Assembly (NCBI GenBank): GCA_963775685.1
Contig: CAVZJV010000014.1
Location: forward strand, 1,376,001-1,440,000
DNA length: 64,000 nt
Direction: 5' to 3'
DNA from: Candidatus Bathyarchaeota archaeon
GTDB lineage: Archaea > Thermoproteota > Bathyarchaeia > Bathyarchaeales > Bathycorpusculaceae
Position numbers and translations under genes: made by a program. The notes beneath the pieces were generated by a model, which had not been told where the DNA came from, made no database searches, and was given only the letters and a program-made list of their open reading frames with translations. Shown here piece after piece: positions 29,901-39,042 of the stretch (position 1 is its first letter; each line of letters begins with the position of its first letter).

Positions 29901-30216
29901 CTGTTTTCTCGAGTTCTAAGCCGCAGTTAAGCGCGGTTTGTCCTCCAAACCCCAAGAGGATGCCATCTGGGCGTTCTTTGGCAATCACTTTCTCGACGAA
30001 TTCGGGGGTAACTGGCAGAAGGTAAACTTTGCCTGATAGTCGTGGGTCGGTTTGGATGGTGGCGATGTTTGGGTTAATCAGAACGGTTTCTACGCCTTCT
30101 TCGCGCAGAGCCTTCAAGCATTGGCTGCCGGAGTAATCGAATTCAGCGGCTTCACCGATTTTGATGGCGCCGCTTCCGAGAACCAGAACTTTCTTTATCC
30201 AATCAAACTTTGGCAT
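26941..30216 (-). CDS. carB: Carbamoyl-phosphate synthase large subunit
   Basis: GSGAIKIGEAAEFDYSG, HTGDS, NPETVSTDYD and GVHSGD motifs plus MGS domain. Start is MPKF at 30216. Confidence 0.97.
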   Translation of the reverse strand: MPKFDWIKKVLVLGSGAIKIGEAAEFDYSGSQCLKALREEGVETVLINPNIATIQTDPRLSGKVYLLPVTPEFVEKVIAKERPDGILLGFGGQTALNCGLELEKTGILQKYNVKVLGTPVQAIEDTGDRERFRQAMQKAGVPYLKSRAATSVKQALEIADEINYPVMVRVAYTLGGKGAGVAHNPKELKEIVTIGIAQSRINQVLVEEYVGHWKEVEYEVMRDYSDNCITVCNMENFDPMGIHTGDSIVVAPSQTMTNREYHQIRTISINAIRSLGIVGECNIQWALYPKTEECRVIEVNSRMSRSSALASKVTGYPLAYIATKLTLGYTLPELINKVTEVTTACFEPALDYITVKIPRWDLQKFKNADRHVGPQMRSVGEVMAIGRCFEEALQKAVRMLDTGKIGLVCNPEDSEPESEERLRDEMEHPTDERLFKIAKALKIGIPVMEIYRLSGVDPFFLHKIQNIIDMEAQLCTINLAEESSLEVIREAKRIGFSDEQIATCQKTDEVTIRVFRKNAGIIPAVKQIDTMAAEWPAKTNYLYMTYGGDEDDIELSSTQSKVIVLGAGVFRIGSSVEFDWCGVNTIWALKKNGIQEAIMVNYNPETVSTDYDVSDKLYFEELTTERILDIYEKENPLGIITSVGGQIPNNLSLSLCEAGANILGTSAQDVDLAEDRSKFSALLDQLCISQPPWSKLQSIEEAKRFAHKIGYPVIVRPSYVLSGSAMRVAYNEASLENFLNLAAKVGRDHPVVISKFINRAKEVEVDGVSDGENVFIGAIMEHVENAGVHSGDATMTIPPQALKVEVQKKIEECTISIVKALKIHGPYNIQYLVKDDVVNVIECNLRASRSMPFVSKTRGVNMIELATLAMLGKKIDGIKLSPMTVAPHVGVKVPQFSFMRLSGADPVLGVEMLSTGEVACLGANFSDAFSKALQAAEFTIPPKDGKVFISVGGDEERKKRVVPIAQALAEMGFKIYATQHTADVLNAYGVATTVLYKVKDAQVSPNIMDYLQERKIDLVINVPMANRRSSISDIITDGYIIRRQAVEFNVPVITNLQLAAALVEVLKQKGQNGNSIRSLNEYMDELPWKQW

Positions 30217-30217
30217 C

Positions 30218-31375
30218 CTACTTAACCTCCAATGTTTTAGCGAACTTGTCAAACAACATTTCAGTGTCATAGGGTCCCGGTGACGCTTCAGGGTGCCACT
30301 GAACTGCAAAGACGGGTTTGGATTTGTGTTTGATGCCTTCAGTTGTTTTATCGTTGGGATTCACAAACCAGGGTACAAGCGGCGTCTTCTTTAATGAATC
30401 CAAGTTTACCGCATAACCATGATTCTGAGTGGTGATATAGCAGCGGCTGTTGTTGAGATCAAGAGCCGGCTGGTTTTGGGCGCGGTGACCGAACTTGAGT
30501 TTGTAAGTGTCGCCGCCCAATGCTAAAGATAAGATTTGGGCGCCAAGACAGATGCCCATAAGTGGAACTTTTTCGGAGAGTTCACGGATTGACTCGATGG
30601 TTTTGACGCATTTTTTGGGGTCGCCTGGACCGTTGCTCAGAAACACGCCATCAGGGTTGTAAGCTAAGACTTCGCTGGCTGAGGTGTCATAGGGCACTCG
30701 GACAACGTTTATGCCCCGTTTAAGTAGATTGCGAATGATGCTGTATTTGACTCCACAGTCGATTAGGACAACGGTTCTTTTGCCTTCGACACTGTAGATA
30801 ACGGGCTTTTTAACGGAAACTTCTTTAACCAAATCAGTCATGTTAGGGTCCGCGATGTTTTTGCCGTTCTTTAAGATTGCATCTAAATCTGGATCTTCGC
30901 CTGCTTCAAAAACCTGCAATATCCCAAGCATGACTCCATGAGTTCGAAGTTTTTTTGTTAGGCGTCGTGTGTCTACGCCATAGATGCCTGGGACGCCTTC
31001 GTCGGATAGCCATTTATCAAGGGTTCGTGTGGATGCCCAATGGAACGGTTCATGGCAAAGTTCGTGAATGATTAAGCCTTGAACTTGAATGTGGTCGGAC
31101 TCGAAATAGAGCGGCATTCCTAGGTTTTGTTCGTTGGATGGAACACCGTAGTTGCCCACCATTGGGTAAGTGAAAGTTAAAACCTGTCCCTTGAACGACG
31201 GATCAGTAAGCGCTTCTGGGTAACCAACCATCTGGGTTGAGAAAACAACTTCTCCCGAGATTTTTCCTGTTGCACCAAAACCTTTACCGATAAATGGCGT
31301 TCCGTCTTCAAGAAGCAGTATTGCTTTTTTATTTTTGTTGGACGTGCTATGTTGTGGGACCAAAGCCCTATTCAA
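30218..31375 (-). CDS. carA: Carbamoyl-phosphate synthase small subunit
   Basis: LLLEDG, LTDPS, SNGPGDP, GICLGAQ, TQNHGY and QWHPE motifs. Confidence 0.97.
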   Translation of the reverse strand: MNRALVPQHSTSNKNKKAILLLEDGTPFIGKGFGATGKISGEVVFSTQMVGYPEALTDPSFKGQVLTFTYPMVGNYGVPSNEQNLGMPLYFESDHIQVQGLIIHELCHEPFHWASTRTLDKWLSDEGVPGIYGVDTRRLTKKLRTHGVMLGILQVFEAGEDPDLDAILKNGKNIADPNMTDLVKEVSVKKPVIYSVEGKRTVVLIDCGVKYSIIRNLLKRGINVVRVPYDTSASEVLAYNPDGVFLSNGPGDPKKCVKTIESIRELSEKVPLMGICLGAQILSLALGGDTYKLKFGHRAQNQPALDLNNSRCYITTQNHGYAVNLDSLKKTPLVPWFVNPNDKTTEGIKHKSKPVFAVQWHPEASPGPYDTEMLFDKFAKTLEVK

Positions 31376-31379
31376 CCAA

Positions 31380-32876
31380 TCAGTTTAAATTTTTAAGTCT
31401 TCCGTTTTTGGAAGATTTTGAAATATATGATTCCACGGTTAAGTTAAGGGTGTTTTCTGCATTGGCAAGATTCTGTTGGAGTTTAGCAATGAATGTTTTG
31501 GAGTGAGATAGGATTTTGTTTTCGGTTGTGATTGATTTTTCAACCTCTGCGGGTGATGGACCTCCTTGTACTTTATAGGTTTCGATTAATTTGCGAAGAT
31601 TTGTGCATTCAATTATATCCAGTTTTTTAACGGTTAATTTTACGCCAGTTGATTCTTGGGCAACTTTCTGGAGCAATTCAGGTGTCGCATCCAGCAGAGT
31701 CTGTTTTGAATCAACTAAGGCTTTAACAAGTGCTCCAACTATCTTGTGGGAAGTTCGGAAAGCAACCTTGTACTTTCTTACCAGCATGTTTGCTAGTTCA
31801 GTTGCCCCAACAAAACCCGCTGCAGCCTTGCTTTCAACATTATCAGAAACTCTAATGTCGGGTATTAGTTTGGCAAATATACTCAGAGACCCTGAAAGGT
31901 TATCTGTCGATGCCCAAAGCTTTGGAGTTAGCTCTTGGAAATCAAGGTTGTAGGTTGAGGGCAGGCTTTTGAGGACAGCCGCTGAAGCTAAAAAATCCCC
32001 AAGTGCGTAGCTGGCTCTTGCACGTATAACCTCGAGAACTTCAGGGTTCTTTTTCTGTGGCATTATGCTGCTGGTTGAGGTGAACTCGTCAGGTAATTCG
32101 ACTGTGCCGAATTCGGGCGAACTCCAAATTATTAGGTCTTCAGCTAAGCGGCTTAAATTCACCGCAAGCAGAGCCAGAGCTGATTGAGTTTCCAAGATGA
32201 AATCTCGGCTACCGACTGCATCAATCGAGTTCTCCAGGACCGAGTTAAAACCTAAGAGTTGGGCAGTTGTTCTGCGATTTATAGGAAAACTCGTAGTCGC
32301 TAGAGCACCAGCTCCAAGAGGGCACAGGTTAACGTGTCCATAAGCAGCTTGAAGCCGCTCAAAGTCACGTCCTAAAGCTTCCGCATATGAGAGCAGGTAG
32401 TGGGCAAAGGTGACGGGCTGAGCTGGTTGCAGATGAGTGTATTCTAAGATGATGGTTAGGGAGTGTTTGCTGGCTGTTTCCAGGAGGCTTTGTTGCATTT
32501 CGATGACTTTCTGCATTATGTTGATTAGTTCGCTACGAAGTGCCATGCGAATGGCGGTCGTGACTTGGTCGTTTCTGCTCTTAGCTATGTGTAGGTTTCC
32601 GCCAACTTCTGGATCTGTCTCAGCTAAGACCGCTTCTTCCACCGCCATGTGTACATCTTCGGCGGCTGGGTCGAGTTTTTCGTTGTCTTGTTTTTGGAGG
32701 GCTTCGAGGATTTTTGCGCCGTCTGACCGCTGTATGATTTTTTGCTCTATCAGCATTGCGACGTGTGCTTTGTTGATTGCCAAAACAGCGCCAGCTAACC
32801 GAGCATCATCCTTACGTGAGGAACAGAATTTAGCGACGTCTTCGCGGACGTTGCCCAGCCGTCCCCCATGCAGCAT
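31380..32876 (-). CDS. argH: Argininosuccinate lyase
   Basis: SRNDQ, YTHLQPAQP and SSIMPQKKNP motifs. Confidence 0.96.
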   Translation of the reverse strand: MLHGGRLGNVREDVAKFCSSRKDDARLAGAVLAINKAHVAMLIEQKIIQRSDGAKILEALQKQDNEKLDPAAEDVHMAVEEAVLAETDPEVGGNLHIAKSRNDQVTTAIRMALRSELINIMQKVIEMQQSLLETASKHSLTIILEYTHLQPAQPVTFAHYLLSYAEALGRDFERLQAAYGHVNLCPLGAGALATTSFPINRRTTAQLLGFNSVLENSIDAVGSRDFILETQSALALLAVNLSRLAEDLIIWSSPEFGTVELPDEFTSTSSIMPQKKNPEVLEVIRARASYALGDFLASAAVLKSLPSTYNLDFQELTPKLWASTDNLSGSLSIFAKLIPDIRVSDNVESKAAAGFVGATELANMLVRKYKVAFRTSHKIVGALVKALVDSKQTLLDATPELLQKVAQESTGVKLTVKKLDIIECTNLRKLIETYKVQGGPSPAEVEKSITTENKILSHSKTFIAKLQQNLANAENTLNLTVESYISKSSKNGRLKNLN

Positions 32877-32924
32877 CTTTGACGTGTTTCCTTTCCCCTC
32901 CCGTTTATTCCTGTTAAAGAAAAA

Positions 32925-34142
32925 TTAGGCTTTCTTTGCTTTGGGCTTCTTGCCTGCCTTCTTTAGCGAGTTGTACATGCGTGTTTGCAGTCCCCAGAGT
33001 TCGATGAAGCCTTTGCTGTAGGATTGGTTGAAGCTTGTTTTTATGTTGTAATTGGCTAAGTTTTTGTCGTAGAGAGAATTGGGCGAGCTGCGTCCAATTA
33101 CTATGAGGCTGCCTTTGTAGAGTTTGAGTTTGACTTCGCCAGTGACGTTTTCTTGGGACTTGTTGATGAATGCATCCAAGTCTTCTTTGAGTGGGTCAAC
33201 CCATAAACCAGCGTAAGCTAAGAACACCCATTGGGCATCGACTTGTTGCTTGAAGAGTACTTCATGCCGGGTCATAACCATTTTTTCGAGGTCTTTGTGG
33301 GCTTCCAAAATCACAGTGGCAGCTGGGCACTCATAGACCTCACGGGATTTGATGCCGACTAAGCGGTCTTCGATATGGTCTATTCGTCCGACACCGTTTC
33401 TTCCGGCAATTTTGTTAACTTCCTCAACGAGGGCGAGAGGAGCCATTTTTTTGCCGTTAACTGCAATTGGAACACCTGCTTCAAATTTTATTGTAACAAT
33501 TTCTGGTTTGTCAGGGGCTTTTTCAGGTGAAGTTGTCCATTCGTAAGCGTCATCTGGGGGCGCTTGACTTGCATCTTCGAGCAATCCGCATTCGATGGCC
33601 CTTCCCCATACACTTGCGTCGATGCTATATTTTTTGGCTGAGTCAGAGACGGGAATTCCTTTGGTTTTGGCGTATGCGATTTCTTCATCGCGTGTCATGC
33701 CCCACTCGCGCACCGGTGCAATAATTTTCATGTCTGGAGCAAACGAACCAAGGGTTATGTCAAAGCGGACTTGGTCATTGCCTCTTCCTGTGCAGCCATG
33801 TGCTAAGCCGGTTGCGCCTTCTTTTTCAGCGATTTCAACCATTTTTTTGGCGATTAATGGTCGAGATAACGTTGTGCTTATGGGGTATTTGCCTTCGTAG
33901 AGGGCGTTGGCTTTGATAGCTGGGAAAATGTATTCTTTGGCAAACTCGTCTTTGGCGTCGATTGAGAAATGTTTGAGGATGCCGAGTTTTTTGGCTTTGT
34001 CCTCAGCTGCTTTAATGTCCTCTTGCTGGCCAACGTCGACTGTGACTGTGATTACTTGGGCAGCGTATTTTTCTTGGAGGTACTTTATTAACACGGATGT
34101 GTCTAATCCGCCTGAGTACGCCAGTACAAATTTTTCTTTTAT
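32925..34142 (-). CDS. argG: Argininosuccinate synthase; start codon non-canonical or frameshifted
   Basis: Frame extends to (I)KEKFVLAYSGGLDTS; HGCTGRGNDQVRF and KSREVYE motifs. No ATG/GTG/TTG lies between an upstream in-frame TAA and the conserved N-terminus. Confidence 0.93.
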   Translation of the reverse strand: MKEKFVLAYSGGLDTSVLIKYLQEKYAAQVITVTVDVGQQEDIKAAEDKAKKLGILKHFSIDAKDEFAKEYIFPAIKANALYEGKYPISTTLSRPLIAKKMVEIAEKEGATGLAHGCTGRGNDQVRFDITLGSFAPDMKIIAPVREWGMTRDEEIAYAKTKGIPVSDSAKKYSIDASVWGRAIECGLLEDASQAPPDDAYEWTTSPEKAPDKPEIVTIKFEAGVPIAVNGKKMAPLALVEEVNKIAGRNGVGRIDHIEDRLVGIKSREVYECPAATVILEAHKDLEKMVMTRHEVLFKQQVDAQWVFLAYAGLWVDPLKEDLDAFINKSQENVTGEVKLKLYKGSLIVIGRSSPNSLYDKNLANYNIKTSFNQSYSKGFIELWGLQTRMYNSLKKAGKKPKAKKA

Positions 34143-34197
34143 GTGTTTGCTCCCCCATTTTTTGTTTTAAATTGTTCCCCTTACCTTGAGGGCTGTA

Positions 34198-34226
34198 TTT
34201 TTAAACCTTGTGACTTTTTTGTTACT
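34198..34226 (-). promoter_or_regulatory. argG TATA box with adjacent near-palindromic operator TGTGAC-N6-GTTACT
   Basis: Plus strand reads TTTTTAAA-cct-TGTGAC-tttttt-GTTACT. The same layout recurs at 61132-61160. Confidence 0.7.
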
Positions 34227-34269
34227 TAACAAGCTTTAAATGTCCCATTTGATACATTCAAAGAACACT

Positions 34270-34848
34270 ATGACAGTCGCCCAAAACGTCAGAAGCCACC
34301 TACGAAATAAACCCTACCTACTGGAAGCCCTCGAAAAAGGCATAGTCAACCTAAGCGAGCTTTCACGGCAAATCCAAAAAGAACTAAAAACCGACGACAC
34401 CAGCGCAATAAAAGCCGCCCTACGCCGCTACTCAGAAGAACTGCAAAAACACAAACAGAAAAGAGAAGAAAAAGTGCTGGCACTCCTTAAACGCAGCAAC
34501 ATAGCTGTTTACGACAGAAAATCCGTCATAATAACGGGAAAAGAATTACCAGCACAAGCAGGCATGAAAGTGGATTTGCTTGGCAAATTCGTCTATTTGC
34601 TTGACAGAAGCGATTTGCCAGAACGCATAAGCACCCTTGTTAAACATGACAACTGCACCATGATTGTTGTTCACTCACCCGAGGAACTTGAAGCCACACC
34701 GGGAGTTGTTGCTTTCCTTGCCACTTTGCTGGCAGAGCAGAATGTGAACATTATCGAGTTCATCTCTTGCTGGACAGAAACCATTATGGTTGTTGAGAAA
34801 AAAGACAGCCTCAAAACCTACGAGGTCTTGTCCAATTTGGTTGGCTAA
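34270..34848 (+). CDS. Archaeal ACT-domain protein with helical N-terminal domain (putative amino-acid-sensing regulator)
   Basis: N-terminal GIVNLSELSRQIQ...AIKAALRRY helix pattern; C-terminal ACT (TPGVVAFLATLLAEQNVNIIEFISC). Divergent from argG, with TTTAAAT about 30 nt upstream. Confidence 0.75.
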   Translation: MTVAQNVRSHLRNKPYLLEALEKGIVNLSELSRQIQKELKTDDTSAIKAALRRYSEELQKHKQKREEKVLALLKRSNIAVYDRKSVIITGKELPAQAGMKVDLLGKFVYLLDRSDLPERISTLVKHDNCTMIVVHSPEELEATPGVVAFLATLLAEQNVNIIEFISCWTETIMVVEKKDSLKTYEVLSNLVG

Positions 34849-34922
34849 CCTTCAGCAGTGCCAGCAAAATTAATAACTCTTTAATCAATACTTCCATGAC
34901 TAGTTTGAACGGCGCTTGCCAA

Positions 34923-36188
34923 ATGGAGAATGAGAAGATGACACATCAAGAATGCATAAACTGCAAAACAACCTACGGCATAGACGAGATTGTTTACTTC
35001 TGCAGAAAATGCGGAGATATTTTGGAGATAAAGTTTGATTTCAAAGAGTTAGCGGAAACGCTCAAAGAAAGCGGCTGGATGAGCAAACCGCTCTCGGTTT
35101 GGCGCTACCGCGATTTCATGCCCATTCACGAAACCACAAAAGTGGTTACATTAAACGAGGGCGGCACAGGATTGCACCGCTCGGAACGCTTAGGCGCAGA
35201 ACTTGGACTCAAAAACCTCTACGTCAAAAACGAGGGCGAAAACCCTACAGGCAGCTTCAAAGACCGCGGCATGACCGTCGGCGTTACCAAAGCCGTGGAA
35301 CTGGGCGCGAGACACGTTATTTGTGCATCTACAGGAAACACCTCTGCAAGCTTAGCCGCTTACGCCGCCCGTGCAGGAATAAAATGCACCGTCCTAATTC
35401 CCTCAGGTAAAATCGCATACGGCAAACTCTCTCAAGCCATGATTCACGGCGCCAAAGTCTTGCAAGTCAAAGGCAACTTTGACCAAGCCTTAGAATTCGT
35501 TCTTAAACTTGCCGAGAAACACAAAGATATCTACTTACTCAACTCAATTAATCCCTTCCGAATTGAAGGACAAAAATCGCTCGGCTACGAAATCTGCGAG
35601 CAATTAAACAACGATGCCCCAGATCGCATCATCGTACCGGTAGGTAACGCTGGAAACATCAGCGCCATCTGGAAAGGATTAACTGAATTCTACCAACTGG
35701 GATACATAAAGAAACTGCCCAAAATGACAGGCATTCAAGCCGCAGGTTCCGCACCAATCGTACAAGCCATCAAAACTAACAGCGACAAAATCATCCCCAT
35801 AGAAAACCCTGAAACCGTCGCCACAGCCATCCGTATCGGCGCACCCGTCAGCTGGAAAAAAGCCGTCAACGCCATCCGAGAATCCCACGGAACAGCCGAA
35901 ACCGTAACCGACGACGAAATTCTTCATGCACAGAAAATCCTCGCTCGAATAGAGGGCATCTTCGTGGAGCCCGCAAGCGCCTCATCAATCGCAGGCTTAA
36001 ATAAACTAATCAAAAACGGAATCATATGCGAAGACGAACGTGTAGTCTGTGTAACTACGGGTCATGGACTAAAAGATCCTGAAACCGCAATCAAGCAAAG
36101 CGAAAAACCAGTCGAAGTGGAAGCGGACATCTCAGCCATCGAGGATTCATTAGGTTTAAAGCATCAAGTGGCAATTCTAGCACGGTGA
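34923..36188 (+). CDS. thrC: Threonine synthase
   Basis: N-terminal Zn ribbon; NPTGSFKDRG, ASTGNTS, PVGNAGN and TGHGLKD motifs. Start could be 34896, 34923 or 34938. Confidence 0.95.
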   Translation: MENEKMTHQECINCKTTYGIDEIVYFCRKCGDILEIKFDFKELAETLKESGWMSKPLSVWRYRDFMPIHETTKVVTLNEGGTGLHRSERLGAELGLKNLYVKNEGENPTGSFKDRGMTVGVTKAVELGARHVICASTGNTSASLAAYAARAGIKCTVLIPSGKIAYGKLSQAMIHGAKVLQVKGNFDQALEFVLKLAEKHKDIYLLNSINPFRIEGQKSLGYEICEQLNNDAPDRIIVPVGNAGNISAIWKGLTEFYQLGYIKKLPKMTGIQAAGSAPIVQAIKTNSDKIIPIENPETVATAIRIGAPVSWKKAVNAIRESHGTAETVTDDEILHAQKILARIEGIFVEPASASSIAGLNKLIKNGIICEDERVVCVTTGHGLKDPETAIKQSEKPVEVEADISAIEDSLGLKHQVAILAR

Positions 36189-36195
36189 AGCTTAC

Positions 36196-37224
36196 ATGCG
36201 AATTATTTTAGTTGGTTATGGCGTAGTCGGCAAGGGCGTAACAACTATTCTTGCCCGCCGATACAACGAGAAAATTAAGGATTATGGGTTTAACCCAAAA
36301 ATAGTTGCCATCGCAGACATAGACGGCGCAGTAATTAACCCACGGGGTTTAAGCCCTGAAAAGCTCGAAGCAATTAAACAAAAAGGTTACCCAATATCTG
36401 CAGACCCCGATTTCGGTCGTCCGGGAATTTCAGCGTTAGATGTTATTGAATCGGTTGAAGCAGAAGTAGTTGTTGAAGTCACTCCTGTCAACATCAAAAA
36501 TGGCGAGCCAGCCCTATCACATATCACCAAAGCATTCAAAACAGGCAAACACGTCGTCACAACAAACAAAGGACCCTTAGCATTAGCTATGCCAGCACTC
36601 ACCGAACTCGCCGAGTACAACAACGTTTACCTACGTTTCAGCGGCACAGTTGGAGGCGGAACACCTATGCTTGAATTTGCGAAGCGATGCCTCGCAGGAG
36701 ACCGAATACTTTCCATCCAAGGCATACTAAACGGCACCACCAACTATATTTTAACTGAAATGTCTCAAAATCATGTGACCTTCCAAGATGCGCTTGCAAA
36801 TGCACAAAAGTTGGGTTATGCTGAACGCGAGCCATCTATGGATATTGATGGGTATGACTCTGCCTGCAAAGTTGTTATTTTGGCTAATTGGGTAATGAAT
36901 AAAAAAATCACGTTGAAAGACGTTGATATAACAGGCATCCGAGACATCTCATTGCAGGCCCTTGAAGAAGCCACAAAGAGGAACAACACCATCAAGCTTA
37001 TCGGTTCGATAGAGAACGAGAAAGCAACAGTTAAACCCACAGAAGTCCCAAAAACCAATCCCTTATGCGTCAGTGGAGTTTTAAACGCCATAACATTCTT
37101 TACCGAATACGCGGCAGACCAAACGCTCATCGGCAGAGGGGCAGGCGGCATCGAAACCGCCAGTGCAGTTTTAAGGGACCTTTTAGATATAAGACGTAAA
37201 TTAGCAACCAAACTACTAACTTGA
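36196..37224 (+). CDS. hom: Homoserine dehydrogenase
   Basis: GYGVVG, VVTTNKGP, GILNGTTNYIL and GRGAGGIETA motifs. Confidence 0.95.
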   Translation: MRIILVGYGVVGKGVTTILARRYNEKIKDYGFNPKIVAIADIDGAVINPRGLSPEKLEAIKQKGYPISADPDFGRPGISALDVIESVEAEVVVEVTPVNIKNGEPALSHITKAFKTGKHVVTTNKGPLALAMPALTELAEYNNVYLRFSGTVGGGTPMLEFAKRCLAGDRILSIQGILNGTTNYILTEMSQNHVTFQDALANAQKLGYAEREPSMDIDGYDSACKVVILANWVMNKKITLKDVDITGIRDISLQALEEATKRNNTIKLIGSIENEKATVKPTEVPKTNPLCVSGVLNAITFFTEYAADQTLIGRGAGGIETASAVLRDLLDIRRKLATKLLT

Positions 37225-37236
37225 GAGCGATAGATT

Positions 37237-38646
37237 ATGAAGATAGTGATGAAGTTCGGCGGAACAAGTGTAGGCACGGGCGAAAACATTCGTCACGTAG
37301 CCGACTCAGTATCCCAGTACGCTAAGAACGACTGCAAAGTCGCAGTTGTGGTTTCAGCGTTGGCAGGTGTCACCAACAGTTTGTTTGAGGTTGCATGCCA
37401 AGCTAAGAAAAGAGAAGAAAAACAAATCGAAACCTTCACAAAGCATTTGCTCAAAAAACACCAAGAGGCAATCGCAACCGCAATTTCGAGCAAACAAATC
37501 CAAAAAGAAGTTACCGAAATCACCGAAAAAACAATCTCAGAACTAGAAAAAGTATTAACTGGCATATGTTACGTGGGCGAACTCACCCCTAAATCCATAG
37601 ACTACGTTGCCTCGTTCGGTGAACGCCTCTCAGCACCCATCGTTTGGGGAGCCCTAAAAGACCACAAACTTGAAACTCAGTTCTTCACAGGCAAAGAAGC
37701 AGGGATAGTCACCGACTCAAATTTTGGCGAAGCCAACCCACTGATGAACTTTACCACTCACCTAATCCGAGAAAGAATAGGACCACTATTTGAAAAGGGC
37801 ACGATTCCAGTGGTCACAGGTTTCATCGCAGCAAACCAAGACGGCGTCATAACAACTGTTGGGCGAGGCGGCTCAGACTACACCGCAACCATATTGGGCG
37901 TTGCCTTGCAGGTTGATGAGGTCTGGATATGGACCGACGTCGAAGGCATAATGACCACCGACCCCAAAATTGTCCCTGCCGCGAGAATGTTGCCACAGCT
38001 GAGTTATCAGGAAGCGGCGGAAATGGCGATTTTCGGCGCCAAAGCTATGCACCCACGTGCGCTAGGACCAGTCATAAAAGAAAACATTCCTGTACGAATC
38101 CGAAGCGTATTCCACCCTGAAAACGACGGCACACTTATAACCAAAGACTCAGCCGCTAACGAAACCAAACCAGTCAAGGCAGTAGCCATGATAAAGGACG
38201 TTGCCATGTTAAACGTTAACGGAGCCACCATGGTGGGCGCACCGGGAAGTTACGCCAAAGTTTTCGACATTTTGGGCAGAAACAGCATAAACGTCATGAT
38301 GATTTCCACAGCCATCTCAGAAGCAAACATCTCCATGATAATCAAACGCGCACTTTTAGGCAGGGCAATCAGCAATCTAGAAATTGCATTGCAGGAAAGG
38401 GGAGGCTTAGTGAACGAAGTTAGCGCAGAAGACGACGTTGCAGTCATCGCAGTCATGGGTGCCAACATGAAAGGCACACTGGGCGTTGCATCACACATCT
38501 TTAGCATTGTTGCCAAAAAAGGCATAAACATCCGTATGATTGCTCAGGGCAGTTCAGAGCTGAACATTTCGTTTGTAGTTAAAGAGAAAGATGGTATAGC
38601 TGTGGTTCGGGCTATTCACGAGGAGTTTAGTTTAGACAAAAATTAA
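37237..38646 (+). CDS. lysC: Aspartate kinase with two ACT domains
   Basis: MKFGGTSV, SFGERLS, GRGGSDYTA, WTDVEG and QGSSELNIS motifs. Confidence 0.95.
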   Translation: MKIVMKFGGTSVGTGENIRHVADSVSQYAKNDCKVAVVVSALAGVTNSLFEVACQAKKREEKQIETFTKHLLKKHQEAIATAISSKQIQKEVTEITEKTISELEKVLTGICYVGELTPKSIDYVASFGERLSAPIVWGALKDHKLETQFFTGKEAGIVTDSNFGEANPLMNFTTHLIRERIGPLFEKGTIPVVTGFIAANQDGVITTVGRGGSDYTATILGVALQVDEVWIWTDVEGIMTTDPKIVPAARMLPQLSYQEAAEMAIFGAKAMHPRALGPVIKENIPVRIRSVFHPENDGTLITKDSAANETKPVKAVAMIKDVAMLNVNGATMVGAPGSYAKVFDILGRNSINVMMISTAISEANISMIIKRALLGRAISNLEIALQERGGLVNEVSAEDDVAVIAVMGANMKGTLGVASHIFSIVAKKGINIRMIAQGSSELNISFVVKEKDGIAVVRAIHEEFSLDKN

Positions 38647-38730
38647 GTTCAACGCTTCAACCTTTTCTATTTTATTAAGATTAATTAACTGTTGCTTACT
38701 TAACAAACTGGTCAGAAATGAAGGGTTCCT

Positions 38731-39042
38731 ATGGAAACAAAATACAAAAAATTTTATTTCCAAGAATTGGATTGGATAATCTGTTTCGCAAACGAAGGAA
38801 ATGAGGGAAGAAAATACCTTTTCTACTCAGTGCAGTTCATCGACCAAAAAAAAATGAACAGCCAAGTCATTTTGACCGATATTGTCGATAGCCCGATATT
38901 TGAAAATGGGTACCCTCATACAGTTGGACTCTTCAGGGGGCCTGTTGATAAAGAGGGTAATTTTGAAGCTAACTTTTTGGAACTGAGGATTATCAGGTGC
39001 CTTGAGGATTTCTGGAAGTTCTTAAACGATCTAAACATCTAA
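38731..39042 (+). CDS. Hypothetical protein (103 aa)
   Basis: Isolated ORF with ATG filling the intergenic space; no recognised motif. Confidence 0.55.
   Translation: METKYKKFYFQELDWIICFANEGNEGRKYLFYSVQFIDQKKMNSQVILTDIVDSPIFENGYPHTVGLFRGPVDKEGNFEANFLELRIIRCLEDFWKFLNDLNI

Noticed and set aside
30217-30309. 31-aa N-terminal extension of CarB
   Set aside because: It overlaps the carA 3' end. The conserved start is MPK at 30216, behind GGAGG.
32877-32885. Possible ACG start for argH (T-S-K before the ATG)
   Set aside because: An in-frame ATG lies 9 nt downstream, so a non-canonical start is not required.
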